The position numbers and the translations under genes were made by a program. 64,000 nt of DNA from Monocercomonoides exilis PA203. Taxonomy: Eukaryota > Protista > Preaxostyla. The stretch is taken from the NCBI GenBank assembly GCA_001643675.2, contig LSRY02000028.1, positions 1,116,001-1,180,000 on the forward strand. The letters run 5' to 3'. Shown here piece by piece: positions 20,970-33,736 of the stretch (the first letter of the stretch is position 1; each line of letters opens with the position of its first letter). Under the pieces are notes generated by a model. It saw nothing but the letters and a program-made list of their open reading frames with translations. It was not told the DNA's origin and made no database searches.

Positions 20970-21740
20970 ATGTCGATGAAATATCATCTGAATCATTCAA
21001 TGTGTCGGATGTTGTATAAACTGTTTAGCGCAACATGTTTTCTTTAAATTGTATTTTGTGAGTATTTTTTTAATAAAAAAAAGCAACTTTCATTGGTCTG
21101 TATGTTTGTTCCGAAAGTCAAGTTGTCCATTAGCAGAATTCAAATAACAAATTTGTTTTTATATTTTTCGCATTAAATTGTACCTTCTTATAATTCATTG
21201 AATAATTATGATTATTATTTTTCTGGTTTATCTATTTCATTTGGCTTATCTATTAATGTGAGTTATATTTTATCAAATTTTATAAAATAAAAGATTTGAA
21301 AGCCTGTTTTTTGATACTTATTTTATCTTTTATTTAATCAAAGGAAAAATTGCATTTCCTTTTTCAAGTTTTTAATTATCTTCTCAATTTTTTTTCACTT
21401 CCGAATGATATTCTTTTTCTGTAATATTAACTTAATGATTTGATGATGACGACGCAATGATTTTTTGTTTCTTTATTTGATGTTTCTCCAGGAATACAAA
21501 AAAGCATAAATTATGATGCAATTTCTTTGAGAATTTGGTTACTGATAATTGCTGCAAAAGATGCGTCAAAAATAGAAATAAAGGTACATATATGCTGCGC
21601 ATTTGCAGCCGAGAAAATTGGTAATGCTACATAAAAATTATATACAAAAATCAGTTAAATGAATGGTTTAACTATCAAAAAAAAAAAAATATTATTTCAT
21701 TGAAATACAAAAAAGAAGCAAATCAATGAAAATAAAGGTG

Positions 21741-22681
21741 TTACTTCGATTTCTGCAATTCTTTCTGCAAAGAAAGTGTGAATTCCAGTGAGCGAATGGA
21801 GAAAACAGTTGCGTTTGCTTTCTCTTTCAATGCAGCCAGTTCTGCTTCCAGTGTTGGAATATCAAGGACTTCACGGTTATCAATGATTCGAATAACCTTG
21901 GCAGGATTTCCAACTGCAACCGCATCATCAGGAATGTCGTGAGTAACAACAGAACCTGCACCAATCACACAGCGAGCACCAATGGTAATGCCAGGCTTCA
22001 CAATGCAACCACTCCCAATCCATGTATCATGTTTAATGTGAATTGGCGCACCAATATTGTACATGTGCCCACTTGCACTTTGAATTCGTCTTTCACAAGC
22101 TCTCATGGGATGGCCTATTGTCATCAACTTGACATTTGGTGCAATAAATACATCATCTTCAATTGTAATCCCTCCTCCATCTAAAAATGAACAATTCTTT
22201 TGAATAAATACTCTTTTTCCAATTGAAGTAAAGCAAGAGTAATCGGTGGCAAATGGTGGAAGGAGTGTTGATCCTTCCCCAAATTCCTTAAAGTGCTCAC
22301 GGCAAAGTTGTTCAATTTTAACCCTTTTTTCGGCAGCCTAAATTGATAAATTGTTCAAAATTGCTACAATTATTTTTTCAAAATAATATGTGCCAGAAAG
22401 CATACTGATTTTGTTGGATCTTGCATAACATAACTTAACTGAATTTAATTGAAAATAGAAAGTTATAATGACTTTTAATAATTTCTATTTTAAAAAATGC
22501 ATACAGCAGGGCAAAAACCATAAATGCACTCATCCCTCAACAAACTAAGTTCTGGATCCTCTCTGACAGCAATTAGTTATTATAAGCAAAAGCAATGAAA
22601 CGAAATTTTGATATGTTCAAGAGCAAACCCAAAGGCTTCGAAAAACTCTCCTGACAACATCTTTTCTTTCTCTGTTTTCAT
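21741..22681 (-). CDS. maa: Maltose/galactoside O-acetyltransferase-like protein (hexapeptide-repeat family); exons 22629-22681, 22505-22562, 22406-22438, 21741-22337
   Basis: Spliced translation MKTEKEKMLSGEFFEAFGEDPEL...PPFATDY...IGKRVFIQKNCSFLDGGGITIEDDVFIAPNV..TIGHP...WIGSGCIVKPGITIGARCVIGAGSVVTHDIPDDAVAVGNPAKVIR. All three introns are GT-AG and phase-compatible. Confidence 0.9.
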
Positions 22682-24349
22682 TTTCTAATAATAATAATTG
22701 AATCAAATAATATTGTCAATAATTAACTCAAACTTGCGAAGAGCTTTCTGCCATTTGCCTTATAAAATTATTCAATTACCATAATTACATTTCAGTTGAC
22801 AACGATCATTTTTTTAAAATATATTTCATCCATAAATCAAATAGAAATGAAAATTTCAAAATAAAATAAAAAACTGTATGAAACAAACTGTGTATTTCCT
22901 TTTGGATTTCATCAGAATTTGTATTTCGATTTATAAGATAAAAAATATGTTCTTAAACGCCACTAATATTTCCAAATTGTTGTTCATTATATAATTCATT
23001 TGCTTCATGCATAATAATTGATATGTTATTTTGTCAATGAGATTCAATTCCAGAAAAAGTGTGAATTGAATAGTCAAAAAAAAAGAATGGAATAAATTAT
23101 TCAAAAAAAATTGTTTATCCGTTTTATTTTCATTTTCATGACATGGTTAGAAAACCTTTTCGAAAAACTGCAAACAATCATTTTTCAAAGCTATTTTCAT
23201 GAACAAAATATATATTTGATGTATTCATCCTCAATCGTTTAACTGTTTCAAATCCAAATATTGAAAAAAACGATATAAAAGACAATGGAAACATTTCTGA
23301 ATTTTAAATCTTTCATATGATCACATTTCAATCACAGGCAACATCAGACATAATCGCTTTGAATTTTTAATAACTTTTTGGCAAATGGATCTGATTGTGA
23401 AAAAATGCGATCTCCATTAGCACGAGATTAAAAAAAAATAATTGCAATTAAAATTTCATAACTGATATTTTGGAGAATATTAAAAATATTTGATGAATCG
23501 TTATAAACGCATTTTTCTCAAACAAAAATATTTTTTCACAGAAACTTAGCATTATTACGACTGAGAAAAACATAATAGGATTTAATATGCAAATTTTTGA
23601 AGTTGCTTGGAACTTTCTTTAAATGTATTTTAGTTTTTAAAAAAAACGAAAAGAAAAAACCGTGAGAAAAGAAAGAATTTATAAATAAAAACTCGAGATA
23701 GTTGCAGAAAAAACAAACTATAATTAATGATTATTTCTTTGTAATTTTCAAATATTTTTATTGAACAAAAAATGATGTTATTTTTGTTCTTTTGAAAGAT
23801 ATTGAAATACAACAAAACATTTCACTGACTGATGTTTCAAAACAGACTATTGTGGATTTTTATTCCATTGGAAGAATATGCATGGTATATTGTGGAAGAC
23901 ATCTTTTGAAAAGTTTAGTGATCTTTTTTTTACTACCAAAATAGATGAAACAGTTCCACTAAAAAGAAAATCATGAAAATGTTAAAGAAAGAAATAGATT
24001 TGCATATTTGGAAGAATGGAATGAAAGCACGTTGGAAAGAAAATAAAAAGGTTGAATGAAAGAGTAAAAAATGTGTGATTATTTTTGTAATCAAATCTTT
24101 TTTCGGGGTGTTCATTTTTTGAAGAATGATCGTTTTTTGATAGCTAATATAAATTCAAAAGAGAAAAAGAATTATTGTTGTTTTCAAAACGAAAAGTCTT
24201 GACCGAATCAAAGATAAAAATGTCTTTGATAAGCTTTTCACTTTTCAATGTTCATTGATTTATATTCAAGAGAATATTTTGAACCGAATATTTTGTATGG
24301 GATAATATGATTCCAAAAATTATCATCCAAATCGAAAACAAATTTATTT

Positions 24350-24826
24350 ATGTTTATCATCGAAAGTTACACAATCTTGGAATCAGGCATTTTCTCAGAC
24401 AAATTGAAAGCCAAAAGCACTTTGTTTTCTTTAGGATTTGATAATCACACTGCTTGCCACTATTATAATTTTGTGGATAAAGAAAGCGGAATATGCACAA
24501 ATTTGAAAAAAAGCACTTTGTCAAGTTTTTTTTTAAAAATACTAACTTGAAATGAAATTTGAGATAAATATTTTGATGACTATGTGACAATATTTTTAGA
24601 AAAATGATCAGAGACACTTCATTTCCGATATTTATATGAAAAATTCACTTGTTAAAAACAACATTTAATGTTTTAAAAAGAAATAATTACAACTGAAAAT
24701 GACGAAACTGAAGAAACCGATGAAAATAATGTTCCGACTTTGATTATGAATTACGCAGAAACAAAAGAATATTTTGATTTTTTTATTATAGACTTTGGTG
24801 CAGATGTGTCCAAAATTAAATTGTGA
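24350..24826 (+). pseudogene. Possible decayed coding relic ending in an ankyrin-like motif
   Basis: Broken frames in a gene-free AT-rich stretch. The last piece reads ..TDENNVPTLIMNYAETKEYFDFFIIDFGADVSKIKL*. Confidence 0.25.
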
Positions 24827-26129
24827 TTATTATCTTATTTGTTCAAATTCTTTTTGAACTTTGATTGTTGAAAAAATTTTTTATATATAATGCTTTTTTT
24901 TTTTTTTTTGAACCTGGAGATAACAGCAACAGAAACATGTGTTGAACAACAAAAGATGATATGAAATACATAAACTTCATGAGTTCAGATTGCGGTGTAT
25001 TGTTTCTTTCTGCATTTTTTCAAAAGGTTGATTTATATTTGAATGATCTTTTCACATAAATGTTCCATATGTGATTACGTCAATTTTGCCAAATAGTTAT
25101 ATTCGATTGAAAATGATTGAAAAAAAGATAAAAATGTTTGTATGTTGAAAAAAGGTGATATTGATTTTCGTTTATTATTATCGATGAGATTATATCTTGT
25201 TTTGACAATATTGATTTATGTATTCATTTTTTTCAAATATTTTCCAATAATATCAGGAACAATTTTTTGAAGCAATCGTCAGAATCTGTGCAATTGTTTT
25301 CGATGTGGGTGATTATTATTGAAATCATAACTATTATCGGTGTGTTGTTTTTTCAAAGATTGTTTTCCTTTGGGAAGAAATTTTATTTTCAAATGCTAAT
25401 TTTATCACAACTGTTACCATAATAAATGTTCTAGCTAAAATTGAAAAATGAAGATGTTTTGCATAAGCCTTTTTATTATTTTTGTGTTTTTTTTGTTGAT
25501 ATTCAAAGAAAAATCTCTAGCGAAAATATTTAATTGAAAAAATATAATTTCAAAAATAAACACCCATGCATTCACATATTTTGAAGTTATTATCAAAAAA
25601 TAAAAAACAAACAAATTCGTGTTTTAACATCATTTCTATTTCACATATGAGAAATTGTTTTCTTTTCTGTTTCTGTTCATTTTTTCTTTTTTCTTTTTCT
25701 TCTTTTCTTTTCTTTTCTTTTGTTTATTTCTTTTCAAATATCCATTCTCTCGGTTTCCCTCATTTATTCATATGAAAAATGTTGTAGCAAAACGAATAAA
25801 AAAAAAAAAAAAAACCAATTAATCAACGAAACATAAAATTTTATATTTGCTATTTTAACGAAATTTTCTTTAATCATTATTAATAATAAATTTAAGTTAT
25901 CGAATAATTAAATAGCCACACATAAGACTCGATTTTTCTCATTCGCAAAATTTCAATATTTTGAAAATTTTTTCACAAAATTAACATCGGAAAAAGAAAT
26001 AATCATGATGTAGAGTGAGATGAAATGAAAGTGTTTCAATTAAAATCAGAAGAGAAAATTTGAACAATTAATTCTGATCGAAAATTGCATAACAGATCCA
26101 TAAAATTATTAAACTAGTTATTGACTTCC

Positions 26130-29100
26130 ATGAGCGATTCAGCAAACCCAATTGAATTTAAGCCATCGCTTTCGCCGATGACTGTACTTAATCAGTCTTC
26201 CGTTATGTATAAGACTCGGGAAAGTTTGGAATATTGCAATTATTGTCATAATTTAAAATATTTATTATTTTCTAAAAGGGATTCTTGACACAATGTTCGG
26301 CTCATTGAATGAGAAATACCCAGGACCAAAGATTTTGGTTCTTGACAAAGTTACGACATCAGTGCTTACTGATGCAATTTCCTCACATGAACTTTATCAA
26401 CAATCTCTAATTTGTATTGCACTTAACATAAATCATTGATTACTTTATAAGCAATATTTTCCCCTTTTACATATTATAAATTTAGTGATTGAAAACATTG
26501 AATTGGATAGAAAGCCATTTCCGGAATGTGACGTTGTTTATTTCATCAGTTCAAACTCCCTTGATAAAATGCTGGAAGACTTTACAAATCCACTTCCTGG
26601 TAGCGCTTCCTCTGCTTCAGCTTCAGCTTCGGCTTCGGCTTCATCTTCATCTACAACACCTGAAGTCAATGAAGCTCCAAAGTTTATGTACAGAGCTGCT
26701 CATGTTTTTATTGCTTCGGGAATGACAAATGACCACATTGCAACCATAAAAAGCCACACTAATTTTTCTTCACATTGTTTAACACTTTGCGAAGCTAGCT
26801 TGGACTTCGCTATTGAAGAACCTTTTGTTGCACATTTTGGAGAGGAAAGATATATTCCTGAGGTTGTCAAAAGGGGAACCGGAATCAGTGTATTTTTGCA
26901 ACGTTTTAGATGTCAAGTGTGAAACGCTATTTGATCTTTCGAATTTTAATTTGAACGAAACTTGAAACTCAAATATTTGGATTTTTTTCCCTTCATGTTA
27001 TTTTATTTGAAAAGCTTACATCTCTGCTGATAGCATTGGATGTTGATCCATCAATAAGATTTCAAAGTGGATTTGACCGAACTGTTACATTTGCCAATCA
27101 ACTAAAAGTTAACATTGCAAATGCAAAGCAGATGCTTGGCTGGAAGGTTTGAAGAAAGTTTTGACATAAAAGAGGAAATAAATTAAAAAAAAGATAAGAA
27201 AAATATGGAGGAAAGTGAAATTCAATATATGTCTTGATCAAGCATCGAGAAAGAGAGATGGTTTTCTTTGAGGGCGAAAATGATGTATTTTTGTTGAAAA
27301 ATGAAAATATTTGAAGAATATGTGTTCCGTTGAATAAATTTTTTACTTACAATTTATTTATGTGTTTATTGTTGCAATTAACTTTTATCTTTTTCGAACA
27401 GCCATCTGAAAAAGCAACACTTTTTGTTGTAGACAGAATGTCAGATATTTTGACTCCTCTGGCAATCGACTTCACATACGAAGGACTTGTGATGGACTTT
27501 TTCGAAAGAGGAAAGAAAAAAAGCGACAACTCACTCGAAAACGAAAGACTGTTAGAGTATGCGGAAATAATTGCTGTTGGATTCATTTTTCATTTCACTT
27601 GTGAATAATCGAACACTTCTTTTTTTTTAGTCTCAGCAAGGGATGCTCACAGCAATCTTCTTCTTCTTCATATGCCTCTTCCTCTTCCTCCTCTTCATCT
27701 TCATCATCATCTGCAGACGATGCAGATCAACTTTTGCTAAACGAACACGATCCTATTTGGATTAAATACAGACACTTCTTCATGGCTGAAGCGTTAGAGT
27801 TTGCATCATTTCAATTATGAATGGCTTATTATTTGCCTGTCTTTCTTTGCTTTTCAATTTGCGACTCATTTTTGAAATGCTTATTTTCATTTTGATTTGA
27901 ACTTCTTTCCTTTCAAATGATGTTTGAAACACTTGCTGGCAAACACAGATCCATCACAAAGGAATTCAACATTTGGCAAGGAAGAGATGAATTTGCAGCA
28001 GTCAAAGCGAAAGAAGCTGTTTGTTTAGTTTTTTTATGTTTTTATATTTAACTTTTCTCAACTGTCCAAAATTTCTGATTATTTATTTGTTTAACAATTG
28101 CTTAACAAATATGAAATTCCTAATTTGTGTTGTTGCAGGGACAAAAGATAGACGATCCTACATCATACATTCATGTGCTCCCAGAATTTACAAGAGGAAA
28201 GAAAAAGGTTTGGTTGACTTTTGAAAAATGAATTATTTGAATTCTGTGGTTTATCAAATGATTTATCGCTTTTCTATTTCCCTTTCACTTGAAATGAACC
28301 ATCTGCATTTGATGAACAATGACTGATTCTATTTAGTTCAATCAACACTTGCACTTGCTCGACATTCTGATGGGCGAGCAGAAGAAGAGAGAATTCCGAG
28401 AAGCATCTTCCTTCCAACAGGAAATGCTTCTTTCTCTTTCTTCACATACTTCCACAGACATCACAAAAACACGAATGAAACTTGTGCAATATTTGTCCAA
28501 AACAACATTGCGGTATTCAACAATTCTTTAGTCTTGAAATCAGCACTGACTTTTAAAACATTTCAATATTATTATTTAATTTGCAATTTTTCACATGAAA
28601 TTCAATCGACTTCATTTGATTAAAATTCAGTCCGATTGACAAAGTGCGTTTGTGTGCGGTATATATGATGCTCTGCAACAAAGTGGATGAGGCTACTAAA
28701 TTGGAGCTGAGTCAAGCTGCTGATTTCACTGCAGATGAAAAGGAAGTGCTGAATTCCCTTATTTCACTTGGATTTATCCCTTCTGCGGTTTGCTTAGCTC
28801 TTCACTTTTCACAAATTTTATATCTTTTTATTTTTTGTTTTTTTAATTTGAATTTCGTCTTTTCATAACTCGTTCATTTTGTTGTTTATTGTTGTTATTA
28901 ACATCTTTATCTTTGATAAATGATTGCATTCTTGTGGTTTCGCTTGTATTTTCAGGAGAAAAGTGATATGAAGAGCAGGTTCCCACAGAGAGTGAGGATG
29001 GTCGAAAGAGAAAAGGAAGATGACTTATACGAAAACGATATCTTCCGCCCACTCATTTCAGATATAATTCTTGTGTGAACTTAAAATTTTCTTTATAATT

Positions 29101-29715
29101 ATTATAATTTATGAACATTTTCTATGTGTAATTATAATTATATCCACTATTCATTCATTCATTCACTCAGGACTATTTTGACAGAAAGAACCAAGATGGA
29201 GATTTTCCAGTGGTCAGCGGAACAGAAGAATTGAGCGGCACATCATTCCAGTCACGTGACAGAGGAAGCGGATGGGCCTCTGGAAGATCAAAGGTTTGAT
29301 TGATTGAATGCGAAATTGAAAGAAAAAGAAAGAGAAGAATATTCTTTTTTTGTTATGACTTAGTTTATATAAAAATTGAAATGTTTAATCCATTTCCTTA
29401 TCTCCTTTTTATTTCAATCTTTTATTTAATTTTATTACTCTGTGACTTTATCTCTCCATCACAACAGGGAAGAGGAAGAGCAACAGGAGCATCGAGACCT
29501 CCGCTGATTATATTTGTGATTGGCGGTGTGACAGCATCTGAGGCACGTGCAGCAGAAGAGTTCAGAAGAGAAGACCCAGATGCAAGCCCTGTCTATATTG
29601 GTATGTCTATTATTCCAATAAGATGTTCTATGTTTTTAAAATTTCATTTGTTTTTGTAGTTGGCTCTGAATTCTTGACGCCTTTCACTTTCATCGAGCAT
29701 TTGAAGAAAAAGTAG
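26130..29715 (+). CDS. SEC1: Sec1/Munc18 (syntaxin-binding) family protein, many short exons
   Basis: Exon motifs in order: KILVLDK, IENIELDRKPFP..DVVYFI, MYRAAHVF, LFVVDR..DILTPL..DFTYEGLVMD, LLNEHDPIWIKYRH, PLIIFVIGGVTASEARA. ATG at 26130, TAG ending at 29715. Confidence 0.9.
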
Positions 29716-30116
29716 AAAGATTTTGAAGATTGATAATTGAAGATTCATTTGATTAGGTTTTCAGATGGTTAAATGCTGTTCGATGAAGGAAAGAAGGAAG
29801 AGAATTTTTCATTTGAATGGCACCTTATGCTTCTAAGTGAAAGCACTTTTTTGTTGAATTATAAAGTCTATAAGTTTAAAGAAATATATGTTCAATTTTT
29901 GGATTGGAAAGGTAATTCAGATATTATTTGAGAAGAGTGTTTTTTAGTGAATTCACATCACCTAGTTTCATCATCTTTGTTTTACACATATTTTTGTCCC
30001 GATCTGGGGCTTTTCTCCAGTGTTATTTTTGTTTTTGAGGTCTCCTCATTCATTTTTTAATTTTATTCCCGGATCGTTCTTATCTCCCAATTTATATTTT
30101 TTAGTATTCAAAAGAA

Positions 30117-33100
30117 ATGTCTAATGATTTACAACGTTCAAAAAGTAAAATACCAGCACCACTTGGAGGGACAGAACAACATTTATATAGTTATGACGAT
30201 TCAGAGGAATCATCGCTTGATGAATCAAACTCGCGTTTGTCAACGTGCTTTTTTTGAAAAATTCAGTTTTCAAAACTACCAACAAATAAAAACGATTTAC
30301 TTGCACAGAAACACTCAAAGAGTTTCAAAGAAAGCAAGCAGAACTTATTGAAGAAACGAGAAAGCACGAGCAATTAAAAATGGCGTGCATTTGAAAATTT
30401 TTATTGTTTTAACACTTTCTTTATGCAGTTGGGACTTCAATCATCTAAAAAGCAGAGCTCCGAAAAAAAGAAAAAATCAGATAATCCAGTGGTTTATCAA
30501 TACCATTTTTTAATAAAAAACATTGAAAAATTGAAAATTTGAATATTTATACTTTTTGAAGCCATCTATGGATGAAATTGATGATTTGAGACAAGAAATT
30601 GACGAGCTTAGGCAGCAGCAGCAGATATCATTTAACTCAAGATCATTATATTCTTCTGGAATAACCCCGACTTTAATACCAATCGCAAATCCTGTTTGTT
30701 GTTATTTCAATTGTAATTTTATAATATTTTATTAATGCAGACAATTGGAAGGATTGGTCCAGGCCCTCAGAACGAGATAGAACAGGCATGAAAAATTTAG
30801 TGTAAAAATCGTAATTTATGTTTTTATGATATTAACATTGTTTTGTTTATGTAATCTCAAACAATAGTTGAAGTCAATTGTTTCACAAAAAACTGAAGAA
30901 ATAAAACGAATTGATCGAAAGCTGTCTGAGCAAAAACGTGAAATCAAAATGCAACTTCAAGAAACAAACAGAGTTGTTAGCGAAAACGAGCAGTTGAAAC
31001 GTACAATTGGGGAAGTGTGCATTTATTTTTCTTGAAACTTTATCGCTATACTGGAATGATTAATATGCTTGGAAAATGCTTTACAAAAACCAGTTGAGAT
31101 TAACTATCTCACAGCTCCAAGGGCAATTGGCAGAAGCGCAAAAAGAAAAGGAAGAAGCGAAAGACGAAATACTTCGTCTCCACTCAACTTCTGGTGAAGG
31201 AAGAGCTGTCGTTGAGCAATTTGTGGCAGGATACAAAGCGAAACTTGAAAAGGAAGTCAGAATGGTATGCATTCATTTAAAATTAATTCCATAAATTTCA
31301 AGTTATATTGTTAATGAAAATATCCAAATACAAACACTTAATTCAGCTAAAAACAGAAATAAAAAGATTGAATGAAATTAATGCCACACAAAAAAATGAC
31401 TTATCACAACTGAAAGGATGGGTGAAAACTCTTCAAGGTTTATCTAATTATTTGAACATTGCTTTTGAAGGAAAGCTTTTCATTCATTTTTTTTTCTTTT
31501 AATTAACTTAATCAAACGATTCTTTTCATCTATTTCCATTCACTCTGTTTCCCCTCATATTTCTTTCTGTGTATTTGTTTTCCATTCAGATGAGGCGGAG
31601 GCTGTCACCGAAGAAAATACAGCTCAAAAAAAAGAATGTCACGATCTCAAAAATCAGTTGAAGAAAGCCGATAAAAAAATCCAGCTTTTGCTGAAAGCGA
31701 ACGAAGCATTGCAAATGCGGTGCTCAGCAGCACAAGAAGGAAGCACATCCATTCCGCCGCTGCTGCTGGCATACAAAGATCAGATTTTGGCGCTGCCGCA
31801 GAAAAGCGGGCAGCAGATGTTGGAGCACGCCCTACTGATTGTGAAGAAGTGGATGTGCACTGCAGGAGAGGAGATGGATGAAATGACGGCAGATGAACAC
31901 AAAGCAAGATTAGACAAACTCATGAAGCTTATTGAAGGGAAAGGAACAGTATGACATTGACAAATAGCTAAATGATTAACCAATTGTGAAAAATGACTTT
32001 TTTGTTTTTTAACTAAATTTGACTCTTTCATATTTGATAATTCTTTCTTTCTTTCAAACTCAAATATTTAGCCTGGCGCAGCAGCAATTGCAAAGCTCAA
32101 AAAAGAGATACAGGCGCTAAGGGAAGAAAACGAGCAGCTGAAACGGAACATAGAAAGGCTGAAACGCGAACATTCAGGCACTTCGTCTGACAAAGAAGCG
32201 TTGATTGCTCAAGTGGAACAGGCAAACGAAGAAATTGTTTGAACACACCAATTTTTCAACATATTATTTTTATTCTTTTCAATCATCATTTTTTTTATTC
32301 TCCATCTCAGAGAAAACTAAATTGTGAGGCTGACTTTTTGACTCAAAGGATTGAGTCTCATCAACTCTATCAAATTCATCCATCTCTTGATGATCATACA
32401 CTTCAACATGGTATTAATTCTTCAATAAGATTCTATACATTTTTTTGACATTTTCTCATATACTGACAATTATTTGTTATTACTTTTGAATGATTCTATT
32501 TTTAGGTGAGAATGTGATTGCAGTCCACATCAAATCAGCTAAATTAAATCCATCTTTTTTTGCACAATTCTTCGCTTCAACTTCTTCTCCATTTTCTTCC
32601 AGTTCGTCTGCTTCTTCCTCTTCTTCAATCATCCCAACAACATTTCTTCTTGCAGACTTCTTTCTTTTTGATTCGCAACAAACTCCTGTTGCTGATGGCT
32701 TCGATCCTCACTACGACTTCATCGCAAGGTGTGAATCGATTCATTTTGAATGATTATTTTTGAAGCATTTTTTATTTTCGTTCACAATTCTTATCAAACT
32801 GTATGTTATGATTTCTTTTCCTTTCATTTTTTAGATATTGCACAGAAAATTCACTTTTCTTTGAGCATTTTTTGATGAAGCATCAAGTTCAGTTCGAGTT
32901 GTATTCAGTGAAAGTTGTTGCTTCTTGTGTAGCCAAAGGGTTTGAATAATGAAAATATTTTGCTGTAAATAAGCATTGTTATATTCTTTATATGTTTTTG
33001 AATTTAATTCAACCATTGAAAATCGATAAAGTTCTTTGAGTTTTGCCGGTCTTCTGGATGACTGCAATGAGCAGCAACTGACTCTGTCTCTTTTCTCTGA

Positions 33101-33448
33101 AACTCAACCTGTGTGTTCTTATATTGCATAGTTCTTTTTATAAAAGCCAATTTCTTCTTCTTTTTTTTTTTTTTTGAATTTTTTTTTAATTTTTTTACAA
33201 ATCTGTGTTTGCTTAATAAATATTTACAGAAGCAAATTGTTGGAACTGTAGATGTGTCAATTCAGGCATTGCTTCCATTTCACCGTTCAACTTCATATCC
33301 TCAATCTGCTTCTTCAGATGATGAAGCTTCTTCTTCTTCACCACCCAAGTCTCCATTTCATTCTATTGAAAACATATTTTGCCCATTATGTCCTCAAGAG
33401 GAATGCTCAACTTCCAACGAGGAATCTGAAGCAGAAGGAATTGATTGA
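30117..33448 (+). CDS. RPGRIP1L: RPGRIP1/RPGRIP1L (MKS5)-like ciliary transition-zone protein: coiled coil + C2 domain, multi-exon
   Basis: Coiled-coil exons at ~30309-32240, then GENVIAVHIKSAKL...PTTFLLADFFLFDSQQTPVADGFDPHYDF...IVGTVDVSI, which resembles the first C2 domain of RPGRIP1-family proteins. Confidence 0.7.
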
Positions 33449-33736
33449 AAATAATGTTTTGAATTCATCGATTTACTTTAAAGATTTGAAGCACAGAAGT
33501 TCAATTGTCGCTTTTTTACGTTAATTTATTTTATGACATTGGTTTTTTTTAAATATTTCTTTGTTATTGCTTCTTGTTTACGTTTTGATACATTATTTCA
33601 AATAATTAAGGGTAATTTTTCGTTTGATTCTTAAGCAACATTATTTCATTGAATTTTTCATCATACTCTTACAAAGCGTTTTTGTATTGAAGATAAATTG
33701 TAATCGGCCTTTTTGATTGCTTGTTAAAGTTGAAAA

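Noticed and set aside
24383-24394. 12-bp match (tcaggcattttc) to the minus strand near 50672-50683, and a 16-bp match between ~24072 and ~49787
   Set aside because: Too short in AT-rich DNA, and the matches do not extend.
25995-26080. C/D snoRNA-like boxes (atgatg..ctga) upstream of Sec1
   Set aside because: Imperfect C box, no terminal stem, and no guide complementarity that I can verify.
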